Under the pieces are notes generated by a model. That model saw only the letters and a program-made list of their open reading frames with translations. It was not told the DNA's origin and made no database searches. Positions 27,235 through 63,528 of a stretch of DNA of 64,000 nt are shown here, one piece after another. The stretch covers positions 50,780,001 to 50,844,000 of the forward strand of contig NC_087436.1 in NCBI RefSeq assembly GCF_036321535.1, given 5' to 3'. Position numbers and translations under genes: made by a program. Within the stretch, counting starts at the first letter, position 1. Each line of letters starts with the position of its first letter. The stretch comes from Camelus dromedarius. Lineage: Eukaryota.

Positions 27235-27920
27235 CATTAACTGCATGTGTTCAAATTCTACTTCTGCTATTTATTATTTCTGTGACCTTGGGAGAGTAAC
27301 TTAGTACCTCTGTGCATCAGTTTCTTTATTTGTAAAAGGACGTTAATAGGCACTGTACCTAGTACATGATAAATGTTTCATAAATATTATTAGTCTTACA
27401 GCTTTGTTTCACACCATGGCCAGTTAATGTTTGACTAGTTCCTTTAATAACATATTTATACAGCATTGTAGTCTACAGTGGCCTTTCACATACATTGTGA
27501 CATTTGAACCACATAACCCTGTGAAAAAGGACAGCTATTATTATGCCTACGTTAGTGTTGAAGAAACTAACCACATTAATTCACACAAATGGGAGCCAAT
27601 GGAGCAAGAACTCAAACCTGGATTTCTTTCTCTACTCCAACTGCCTAATCCTACGTTTCTACTATATTAGACTGGTTAAAAAAGAAAACAAAGGAAAGCT
27701 TATTCAGGGAGGAGTGAGGGGGCAGAGGGGTCCAGTAGGCCACGAAGTGAGCACTTTGGTGCTTTGCTACTCACAGGGTGGTCTTCCGAGTAATCTGTAT
27801 CACCTGGGACCTTTTTAGAGTTACAGACTCTCAGGCTCCACCCCTGGCCTACTAAATCAAATTCAGCGTTTTGAACAAATCCCTAGGTAATTTTAAGATA
27901 CTAGCTTGAGAGGCACTGTT
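27235..27920. mobile_element. Two MIRs (~27235-27390, ~27440-27650) and a MER5A-like element (~27775-27920)
   Basis: TGTGACCTTGGGAGAGTAACTTAGTACCTCTGTGCATCAGTTTC; CTCAGGCTCCACCCCTGGCCTACTAAATCAAA. Confidence 0.7.
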
Positions 27921-28061
27921 TCACTAATTGCTCTAGTGACGCTATTATGGTCACTCGAACGAAACATATTTATCACATACTAAGAAGTTTTTATTAGAAA
28001 ATACTTTCTTGCAGCAGGAAATAGCTTCCTGCTTCCCTTTTTAAAAAGCAAAGTATGTTTA

Positions 28062-28190
28062 GAGGGAGGAGATAGCTCAATGGTAGAGTCTGTGCCAAGG
28101 ATGCACAAGTTCCTGGGTTCAATACCCAGTGCCTCTATTTAAAAAATAAGTAAGTAAATAAGCCTAGTTACCTCTTCCCCTAAAAAAAAT
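28062..28190 (+). mobile_element. tRNA-derived SINE (vic-1-like, camelid)
   Basis: ATAGCTCAATGGTAGAG A box, CCTGGGTTCAATACCC B box, AAGCCTAGTTACCTCTTCCCC tail. Confidence 0.85.
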
Positions 28191-29079
28191 GTTAAGCACA
28201 TTTAAAAACAAATTTATATTTCCAAGTAATTCTTAAAGATATCACTCCCTTAAGTGAGGTCACTAAGGAATGTTAGGAAACTTCAAGCAAATCAGTGCTT
28301 ACCTTTTAATGTCTTACTACCCTTTGCCTGAAGGACATACTAGAAAGCAAAATCACCTTCTTCATTCTTTTCATCGGCAGATTAAAACAGGCAACCCTGT
28401 CCTTATATTTATTCCCCTGGATATTAGTTTTTCTGATCCAAAACTCTGATTTCTTGAGTAAGTTTTGCAACTTTCTGACTCTAAGGACTGAAACAGCAAC
28501 AGAAAGAAAAAGCCTATTCCCACACCTAACCCTGGCGGATGGTGACCGTTGACTACAGAGGCAAGTAAACAGCCTGCCCCAATCTCCCTTTCCTCCACCC
28601 TAATCAATTCACAGTTGAGCTCGGTTTCTAGTCGGCTCTAATTCTGGGGCCTGGTCAGTGGTGGCGCTCTTCCCAGGGTAGACCCTCTAAGCCCCTAGGG
28701 TCAGAATAGCACTAGATTTCCGCACGTGGGAGCGCTGATCAGCGGTCCGCCCGGTACTATTTAAAATGACCGTTCCCATTTAGAGGGGCACCTCCTCCCA
28801 CTGATTAACCAGCCCAGACCCGCAGACGAGTCAATATCATTCACCTGCTCCACCGAAAACTTCAAACTCCCGGGTCAACCTGGACTAAAGGTATCTAGTA
28901 ATTAACCCGTGGCCCTCCCACCACACATTCCTGATTGGACGCGTGAGAGAAGGATGCGTCGGCGCGCGCTCTCACCAGTCCGGGAATTCCATTTCCTCTC
29001 CCTCCCACCAGCATAAGCGTTCGGGGGCGGTGCTTCTCCGGCGAAGGCCCGCCCCAGCTCGAGCCGGTGCTCCATTGCG

Positions 29080-29196
29080 TCTCGCGAGAATTTGTGGGTT
29101 TGGGGGCGGGCCCCCATCAGGAAGAGTGCACAAAACTGCCCTTAAGTCATTGCAGCGCTACAGCTCTGATTAGCCAGCCACGAGGTTCTCGCGAGA
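29080..29196. promoter_or_regulatory. Two perfect TCTCGCGAGA palindromes (BANP / CGCG element) at 29080-29089 and 29187-29196
   Basis: Exact 10-bp palindrome seen twice; a known motif of CpG-island housekeeping promoters. Confidence 0.85.
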
Positions 29197-30609
29197 TCCG
29201 CCTCCTCAATACCAAGTGAGGAAATTGGGGGACGCTGTCGGGAGGGGCTTGGGGCTCGACCGCGCAGCTGCCGCTTCCTCCCATGGTCTCCTTCCGGTTC
29301 TCGATGCTTCTCTGACTCTGAGGGTTTCCGCCGCTCGTCTACCCTTCCCCCAGCCCATGACCCGCCTCCGGCCCCCGCCCTCCCAGTCCAACCTCCGGTC
29401 TGTTTAGTAAGAAGGTGCTGTTCCGAAAAGAAGGAAAAGGGGGTTGGCACAGATTCGCTCGGCCCTGGACGTGGGGAGCAAACCGTCCCCCTTCACCCTT
29501 AGACTCGTCCTGTGCTCGCGACGGCGGCGTTGGCGGACTGATACGCGGCGGTGAAGAGGCAGGAGGAGGGGGGAGGGGCGGAGCGTGGCAGCTGGCAGTA
29601 GTTCCGTCAGAGCGGACATCTTGTGGCTGTGTCGTGCGCGTGAGCCCCGTAGGGCCGGGGAGGCACCAGCTGCCGCGCGGGGAGGAGGCCGAGGCCGCAG
29701 CTTGAGGGAGGCCCCGGCCCCTCTGTGAGCGTGGGTGTGGACGGCTAGGGGAAGGGAAGGGAGGCCGGCCCGCTGGCCGGCCGGGTAAGAGGGGAAATAC
29801 AGGCCCTGGGTGGCTTGAGTGACCAGCCTGTTGGGTGGGGTAGGGTGGGAAGGCTAGAGATGCTGGGGCCTCTCCTGCTTAAAGGGGAGGGGGAATGGGC
29901 GCGTCCTCGCGCCTAAGCCGGAGCTTCAGGGGCCGCACGGGCGCGTGGTGGCGGTGGCTAGGCGGGCGCGCGCGGGAGCGCGCTGGAAGGCGGAGTGTAC
30001 GGTGGCGTCAGGGGCGACTCAGAATAGCTCTAGCTGCGGGGACAGCAGGACACACCGAGCCTCTCTTCTGTTTCTTTCCCCTACCCGGCCGCACCTTCGA
30101 GCAAAAACCGAAAGAACCGCGGCGTCAGTCCGGAGTCGCCTGTTTTCCCCTCCCCCCTTGCCTTTCTTTGCCCTAGTGACGCCGGCATAGCGCCGACTAG
30201 GCCCTGGCTCCTCCTCTGCTGGGCTCCGGACCCTGCCCCGCACCCACCCCTTTCTCCTACGCCTCTTCCTTTCGAGAGGCCGGGAAGTCAAACTTGTAGC
30301 CACCCCTCCGCTCTTCCCGTCACCCTCGCCCCCTCTTCGGGCCGAAGCACGGCATAGAGGCTGTCGGTGGGTTTGCCATCCCACCCACCCGGGCTCGCGA
30401 CCGTTTTTGAGGGACTTGGCTTCTTCGGGGTCTCTGCGGGGCCTGTGCGAGTGCTGACCTGCTCCGTTTTTGCAAAAGGCGCCTGTGTCTGGCAGAGCCG
30501 GTGTGAAACGAAGAGACAATCCTTCCCAGCCGCCAGGATAATCAAGAGTTTTGGCCGGACCTTTGAGCACACACCGAGATAGTGAGGAGCCAGACGAAAA
30601 GCACAGACT

Positions 30610-55559
<24,950 letters not shown>

Positions 55560-57320
55560 TGCTACCTTAAAGTCAGAATAACCTGCATTATAGCTGGAAT
55601 AAACTTTAAATTACTGTTCCTTTTTTGATTTTCTTATCCGGCTGCTCCCCTATCAGACCTCATCTTTTTTAATTTTATTTTTTGTTTACCTCCCTCCATT
55701 CATTCACATGCTCATCTGAGAAGACTTAAGTTCTTCCAGCTTTGGACAATAACTGCTTTTAGAAACTGTAAAGTAGTTACAAGAGAACAGTTGCCCAAGA
55801 TTCAGAATTTTTTAAAAAAATGGAGCATGTGTATTATGTGGCCAATATCTTCACTCTAACTTGGTTATGAGACTAAAACCATTCCTCACTGCTCTAACAT
55901 GCTGAAGAATCATCTGAGGGGGAGGGAGATGGATGCTCAGTTGTCACATCAAAGGAAGCAGCATTATTCTAGCAGCATCCATTCTTGTTTAAGCCTTCCA
56001 CTGTTAGAGATTTGAGGTTACATGATATACTTTATGCTCATAACTGATGTGGCTGGAGAATTGGTATTGAATTTATAGCATCAGCAGAACAGAAAATGTG
56101 ATGTATTTTATGCATGTCAATAAAGGAATGACCTGTTCTTGTTCTACAGAGAATGGAAATTGGAAGTCAAACACCCTTTGTATTCCAAAATAGGGTCTCA
56201 AACATTTTGTAATTTTCATTTAAATTGTTAGGAGGCTTGGAGCTATTAGTTAATCTATCTTCCAATACACTGTTTAATATAGCACTGAATAAATGATGCA
56301 AGTTGTCAATGGATGAGTGATCAACTAATAGCTCTGCTAGGAATTGATTTATTTTTCTTCAATAAAGTTGCATAAACCAATGAGTTAGCTGCCTGGATTA
56401 ATCAGTATGGGAAACAATCTTTTGTAAATGCAAAGCTGTTTTTGTATATACTGTTGGGATTTGCTTCATTGTTTGACATCAAATGATGATGTAAAGTTCA
56501 AAAGAGTGAATATTTTGCCATGTTCAGTTAAAAGTGCGCAGTCTGTTACAGGTTGACACATTGATTGACCTGATTTATGCAGAATTAATAAGCTATTCAG
56601 ATAGTGTAGCTTTAGTATGCTGCACATGATACTGGCAGCCCTGGAGTTCATAGGTGGACTTGGGACCCAGCAGTTTTGAAACGTGTATATCGAGTTTAAG
56701 AAATTTATTTTCCAGGTGAAACCCCCATCTTAAATTTTTCTTCACCTTGTACACTTGACAGCTGAAAAGACCATAACATGGGAGTAATAATGGGTCAAAA
56801 TTTACAAAATAAAGTACTGTTTTGGTGTGGGAGTTGTCATGAGGCTGTGTTGAAGTGACTTAACTATGTGGGATATTGAGGTTTGTTTTTTTTTTAAGGA
56901 TTGAGTATCCATTGAAATGGATTTGTTCAGCCATTTACATTAATGAGCATTTAAATGCAACAGATACCATTTCAGGTGACTTAACATGAATGAATAAAAG
57001 TCAATGCTATTGGATTATTTTTTGTTTGACAAGTGCTATCTGTGCCACTTATTTAACTTCTGTAGTAACAAGGGCATTATCATTCTTCACCTTTCCTTAT
57101 TCTGACCCTATAGTTTTACTACTTTTTTCCTAATTATTTTGATTTGTCCATTTCTTTCTTAACAGTCCTATATATTCGATTTCTAGCACATCTGTGACTT
57201 CCTCCACTTCCACATTTTTGCACTGCTTACACTTAATGTGCAATCTTATTCCTTGTCTGCACACAGATGTGGAAAGCTAGATATAAAATAAATGTTAAAG
57301 CTTGATTTTTATAAACATTT
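55560..57320 (+). other. UBE2D3: UBE2D3 3' UTR with multiple candidate poly(A) signals
   Basis: Repeat-free AT-rich stretch after the stop; AATAAA at 55598, 56119, 56288, 56361, 56808, 56993 and 57287. True end not determinable from sequence. Confidence 0.75.
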
Positions 57321-58737
57321 TAATATGTAGTCTGGACATGATTTATTGACTTAAGGTTCTTCTCTGAACTGAAAGTGAAATGCATGCCTTCCAAAGATGT
57401 TTTGGCTTTGTTAATTCTGTAATAAGCATTTCATTAAGAAATATTAACCCAGTTATACAATTTTCCAATGAGTGAATTTTTCATCTCTTGCTTTAAAAAT
57501 AACTCAAGGGTAGATGTCATACTGCTAAAACTGTTGGATTCAGACTACAAATGAGAAATTAGTAACATACTTCTCCGCAAGGTAAGAAACTGTTGTAACT
57601 ATTTTTAGAATAATTCTGAGACTCCTGTATTCTCTCAAAATAACAGCTTTAGTAGACATCATTTCTTGAAAGCCAACCATGAGTAAAACACACTTGTCAG
57701 AGCTGCTGGATTTTTGATTGGCTTTCAAGTTGATCTTTTCAGCCATAGACAACACATAAGTATTTATAGAGATTACTTCTTAAAACTATTATCATATGAT
57801 GAGTAGATGTGTCCAGTTCTCTGTATCTTCGACTTGATGCTTTCTACGTTTCTTACGTCACTTCTAAGGGAATAAGCCATAAAGGCTTCTCCAGGTTTAA
57901 GAGAACGATAAAGTACCTGGAAAACCAACATTTTTGAATGTATAGACACTGGACTTGAGATTATCTCCAATTGAAACTTTCAAAAGAATCCAAGAATTTG
58001 TCCCCCTCACACTTACATTACTAGTGCCATATATAGGACTGAAGTGAATATTTGCAAGTTAAAAATTGATTTTGGCTTCTCTTGTTCCCTTTATTTTTCA
58101 ATGCATTACTCAGATTTTGAGTGCTTAAGTTGCTCTTCAACTATAAGAATAATAGTCCAGTTGACCAGTTAATGGTAGATTATATTTAAAGTGACTCCTT
58201 TTTTTTCTGGGCAGGTTTGCAATGTGATAATCAGATTTAAAAGTAAAAACAACTTACTAGTTCGCTTTGTTGTGTGGGTGTACTCACAATATTTTTAAAG
58301 TATGAACCACAGTTAACTAGTGGTCTCAGGGGTAGTGAAACACTCACTTTTTTTTTTTAATGGCTTGACATGCTTCAGATGCTGATCATGTTGTGTTAGT
58401 GATTTTGAAAGTGACTCAAATTAGCCATGTTTTATGTTGGCATAACAAAACTGTTAAATGACTGTTGAATACACTTTTAAGTGAATTTGTCTATTTTATG
58501 AGGAACCCAGTGCAAGTCACTAAATATTGTCTAATAGTGACATCTGCATAACACTTGTAATAGCTAAGGTTAATTGAGCTTAATTGTTACCATTAAAGTC
58601 TGTGTTTAAAGACACTCTGGTCTTACTCAGTAATTCCAGCTGACATGAAATCCACACTTTAACCTAATGCCATGTGTGAGTTCTATTTTGAACTTAATAG
58701 CAGTCATAACAAAAGCTATGGTCTATAAAGAATTTAG

Positions 58738-58925
58738 GATGGTGATTCTCAAAATGTGACACCACCCCACCCCCAGCCCCAAGACCAGCAATATCATCAT
58801 TTGGGAAGTTCTTAAAAATGAAAATCATCAGACCCTACTCTAGGCCTACTGATTGAGAAACTATGGGATGACACCCCGCGGCCTATTCAGAAAGCCACCC
58901 AGGTGATTCCAAAGTCTGTTCTAGC
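58738..58925. mobile_element. MER5A-like hAT MITE
   Basis: GATTCTCAAAATGTG, CAGACCCTACTCTAGGCCTACTGATTGAGAAAC. Confidence 0.7.
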
Positions 58926-59974
58926 TCTCCCTTGTAACAGACTTAAGCAGTAATCTTTTGACCCTATGATTATCTTGATGTTTCATGACTGTAAGAGAAC
59001 TTGTTACGTTGTATACCCATGTATTAGATTTCTAGCATCTGACAAATTCATAGTACTTTGAATTATACTGTAGGTTGATTTACATGTTTACTTAAGGTAC
59101 ATTAACATTCCTACAGTGTACTAATTTGAGTAACAATCTAACCCAGGAACGTTGAAATTTATAATTAATAAAAAATTTTTTGAGTATATGTAATTCAACC
59201 AATAGCTGAGTAGTAGTTAAAAAGTAACCAGGTACAAGAGTTCACTGCTAAATGTTGGCTACATAGCTGAACAAGGATCTGAGCCCTGGTCTCATTCAGT
59301 GGCCAAAGCAACTTTTTGGGGGGACAGTGTTGAAAAGGTAAGATGACCAGTTCAGGGTGTTTGTGGTCTCCGCTGAATTTAACAGATACTAAGTATACCC
59401 TAAGGTAGCTATTAAAACCATCTACTCTCGCGGTGTAATGGAAAAGTGACAAAGGTATTTGGATCAGGATTTAAACAACCCCCCCCCCCAAAAAAAAGTG
59501 CTATGGAGGAACTATATTAAAAGGTTAAAAAATACTAGGGAAAGCTAGGAAGTCTGAAATCAGCTGGATGTTTTGTTTTCTTCAGGTCCTTAACAACCAC
59601 TATTTTGCATTCTTTCCTGCTACCCTGTTAACTACTAGTTCCTTTCTTTGCCTCATTTTGAAGGATTTTTTTTATGGTTAACTCTGGTACACAGTGTTCC
59701 TGATAGTTGCTTTTTTACGTGGAATGTGTTTTAATTAACAAACTGCTGTCATTTATCTTCCCAAGTTGTATACTTTCTGGATGAAATGTATTTTAAAAAA
59801 CTTTAAGAGCTGCCTTTTTTTTTTCTGTATTGTATCATTTTCTGATTGTATGAAATAACTACTTTTCGCACATACTATTTTCTGAGCCTCTGTAACTGAT
59901 TCCTTGTTTACCATATCAAATTTGGATATTATCAAGTAAGACCAAACAGTGGAGTACTTCGATGCTCTAGCTGC

Positions 59975-60730
59975 TTGGGAACAGTTAATAACTGTCATAT
60001 GCTGAACTACCAGCCATCTCTTCTGAACTCTTGTGTAGCTTCCTGTTATCCACCTGGCTACCTAAAGGATGACTGCCTTGATTTGTACACACAGACACAC
60101 ATACCCCTACCTCATCTTGGCCTCAGTAAATGTAAACATTCTTTCAGTTGCACTGGCCCAAAACCTAGGCATCAATCTTGATTTCTCACACCCCACTTCC
60201 AAATTAAATAGGAATTCACTTTGCTCCAAGCCTAAGGGTTCTCCTCTTATTCAGAGCAAAAGCCAAAATTCTAAAAGAAGTTTTAGGCTGGAATGACTTC
60301 CCACCACCTGTACTTCATAATCACTTGTTTGCCCCCACCAGCTTCCACAGCTCAGTCACACATGCCTCTGCTGAGACGAACGCAATGGGCTTTTTCTTAC
60401 CTTCAGATGTTTACCCTTGCTCTTCCCTTTACCTAGATTAGCTTATTCCAGGTACAATACGGCTCCTTCCCTAATTGTTAGGTCTCTGATAGAGGTTTTT
60501 CTCAACTATTCTATATAAAATATCGACGCAGTGCTGCCATCATAAAGTATACAATGGCATATTCAGTAATACTGTAATATTTATTACCTCTGCAACCTCA
60601 CCCCAGAATGTAAGCTCTATATGAACAAGGATTTTTGTCTGTTTTGTTCTACATTCCTTAATGACTAGATGACCGACCACCTGGCACATTGTTAGGTGAT
60701 CTGATATTTAATAGATGACTATGAGCTGAA
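59975..60730 (+). mobile_element. L2 fragment
   Basis: GGCCCAAAACCTAGGCATCAATCTTGA, CAGAATGTAAGCTCTAT, CCTGGCACAT. Confidence 0.75.
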
Positions 60731-61499
60731 TGGTAGGTAGGCTTTGTCAAAAGTATTCCTTACTTTAACTACAAAAGTACAAAACCTAAAAATTCCAATA
60801 TACAATAGAAAAATAATTAATGGAGCCTTCGTGATTCTGACTACTATAAAGTACCACCTCAGTGAGTGGTCGGACATTTCAGTTTCTATCAAATGTAGGT
60901 GATGCCACTGTCCAATTCCTGTGAAAAAGCAACTAAACATGCTGGGGGGAAAAACACTTTTTAAAAAATGTGTTATTTATCTATCAAGAAAGAAAACAGT
61001 AGTCTCAAGCCAGAACCAAATTGAAACCATAAACCTAAAAAGAAAGGAGACTATAACCAGAAACCAGCTTTCATCTTGAAGCACTTGAAGAACCAAATGA
61101 AACATACTTTCATTTTCACTGGCAAAGTCCAGAATGCATCCAAAGAGTGGTGTCAAATAGGATAAACCCATCCCTAATACACAGAATGAGGAGTTTGCAT
61201 ATCTTGAATCTTGATGCTCTGTGGCAGGAGAATAGTCTCTCAGAATATGTAATAATAATTTGGCCTTTTTGAGGATTTGCAGCCCTAAATCTTACTACAC
61301 CTCTGAGAAAACCCAAGCAGAAGATTTAATTTTTAAAGTTGTTCCAAATCAGAGTAATCTGTTGCTGGTGGAAACAAATAAATACTCTGCAGGAACTGAA
61401 TAATAGCTCACAGTTAAAAATCAGAAAGAAAGAAGTACAAAGGAACATAGTACCATGAATAGGAATTGACTTACAAAAATTTCAGATATTAAAAACATC

Positions 61500-62062
61500 A
61501 GGTCATCCAAATAGGAAAGGAAGAAGTAAAACTATATTTGCAGATGACATGATATAGAAAATCTTAAAGAAGAATAATATAAATTATTAAAGATAATTCA
61601 GCAAAGTTGCAGGACACAAAAATCACAAGAATCAAGTTGTTTTGATATAAGTAGCAATTAATTCCAAAATGAAATTAAGAAAATTTCATTTATAAAAGTA
61701 TCAAAAAGAATGAAATATTTACAAATAAATTTAACTGAGGAGATGGCAAAACTTGTATATTGAAAACTACAAAATATTTCTGAAAGAAAGAAGTCGTAAG
61801 TAAATGCAAAGACATCCTGTGTTCATGGTGTAGATTTATTATTGTTAAGATGGCAATGATCCCCAAAGCAATCTACAGATTCAATGCAATCCCTATCAAA
61901 ATCCCAATGATTGTTTTTACAGAAATGGAAGCTTTAAAAATTCATATGGAATTGCAAAGGAGCACGAACAGCCAAACAATCTTGAAAAAGAACAAAGAGG
62001 ACTCATACTTCCTGATTTCCAAATTTACTACAAAGCTACAGTAATCAAAACAGTATGGTACT
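61500..62062 (+). mobile_element. Older L1 ORF2 RT fragment (host of a nested L1)
   Basis: TTTGCAGATGACATGAT (FADDM), peptide [16 protein letters not shown]; many indels. Confidence 0.85.
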
Positions 62063-62989
62063 CACCTACAGTCAGTCAATCTTCGACAAAGGAGGCAAGG
62101 ACGTACAATGGAGAAAAGGCAGCCTCTTCAGCAAATGGTGTTAGGAAAGCTGGACAGCTGCATATAAATCAATGAAGTTAAAACACTCTCTCACACCAGA
62201 CACAAAAATAAACTCAAAACGTCTTAAAGACTTAAAACATAACACAATACACTGTATACCTCCTAGAAGAGAACATAGGCAAAAATATTCTCTGATATAA
62301 ATTGTAGCAACGTTCTCTTATGTCAGCCTACTAAGGCAATAGAAACAAAAGAAAAAATAAACAAATGGAACCTAATTAAACTTACAAGCTTTTGCACAGC
62401 AAAGGAAACCTGGGGCAAAAGAGACAACCTACAGAATGGGAGAAAATATTTGCAAACAATGAAAATGACAAGGGATTAATTTCCAGAATATACAAACAGC
62501 TTACATAACTCAATAACAAAAACCAACCCAATCAAAAAAAATGGGTGGAAGACCTAAGAAAACATTTCCCCAATGAAGACATATAAATGGCCAATAGGCA
62601 CATGAAAAAATGCTCAGTAACACTAATTATCAGAGAAATGCAAATCAAAACTACAGTGAGGTATCACCTCATGCTATTCAGAATGGCCATCATTAAAAAG
62701 TCCACAAATAATAAATGCTAGAGAGGATGTAGAGAAAAGAAAACTCTCCTACACTGTTGATGGGAATGTAGTTTGGTGTAGCCACTATGGAAAACAGTAT
62801 GGAGTTTCCTTAAAATACTAAAAATAGACTTACCCTATGATCCCCCACTCCCACTCCTGGGCATATACCCAGAGGAAACTAATTCAAAAAGATACATGCA
62901 GCCCAATGATCATAGCATCATTATTTTAATTGTCAAGACATGGAAGCAAACTAAATGCCCATCAACAGATGACAGGATAAAGAAGTGTG

Positions 62990-63052
<63 letters not shown>

Positions 63053-63528
63053 AAGGAATACTACTCAGCTATAGAAAAGAATGAAATAATGCCATTTGCA
63101 GCAACATGAATGGATCTAGAGATGATCATATTAAGTGAAGTCAGACAGAGAAAGATAAATATCACGCTATCGCTTATATGTGGAATCTAAAAAAAGTGAC
63201 ACAAATGAACTTATCTTCAAACCAGAAATAGACTCACAGATATAGAAAAACAAACTTATGGTTACCATGAGGGAAGTAGGGTGAGAAGGGATAAATTGGG
63301 AGTTTGGGTTTTGCAGATACTACTATATATAAAATAGATAAACAACAAGGTCATACCATATAGGACAGGGAACTATATTCAGTATCTTGCTATAACCTAT
63401 AATGAAAAAGAATATGAAATATGTGTGTGTGTGTGTGTGTGTGTGTAACTGAATCACTATGCTGTATACTGGAAACTAACACAATATTATAAATCAACTA
63501 TACCTCAATTAAAAAATAAAAACAAACA
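62063..63528 (+). mobile_element. Younger 5'-truncated L1 (ORF2 C-terminus, 3' UTR, A-tail) with 16-bp TSD
   Basis: TSD AAAACAGTATGGTACT at 62047-62062 and 63529-63544. Confidence 0.9.
62993..63048. repeat. (TA)n microsatellite; also (TG)n ~63423-63447 and (CA)n ~21736-21756
   Basis: Directly visible dinucleotide runs. Confidence 0.95.

Larger units (their letters stand above)
20223..28900 (-). pseudogene. Putative decayed multi-exon protein-coding gene / divergent spliced lncRNA head-to-head with UBE2D3
   Basis: Minus-strand blocks bounded by AG/GT: donor after 28845; 28487-28303; 27091-26405 (split by Charlie4a); 25573-25233; 25056-24934; 23120-22632; 21085-20807; 20486-20223. Mostly phase-compatible, with long open stretches broken by stops and frameshifts. 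Parent protein not recognised. Confidence 0.6.
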
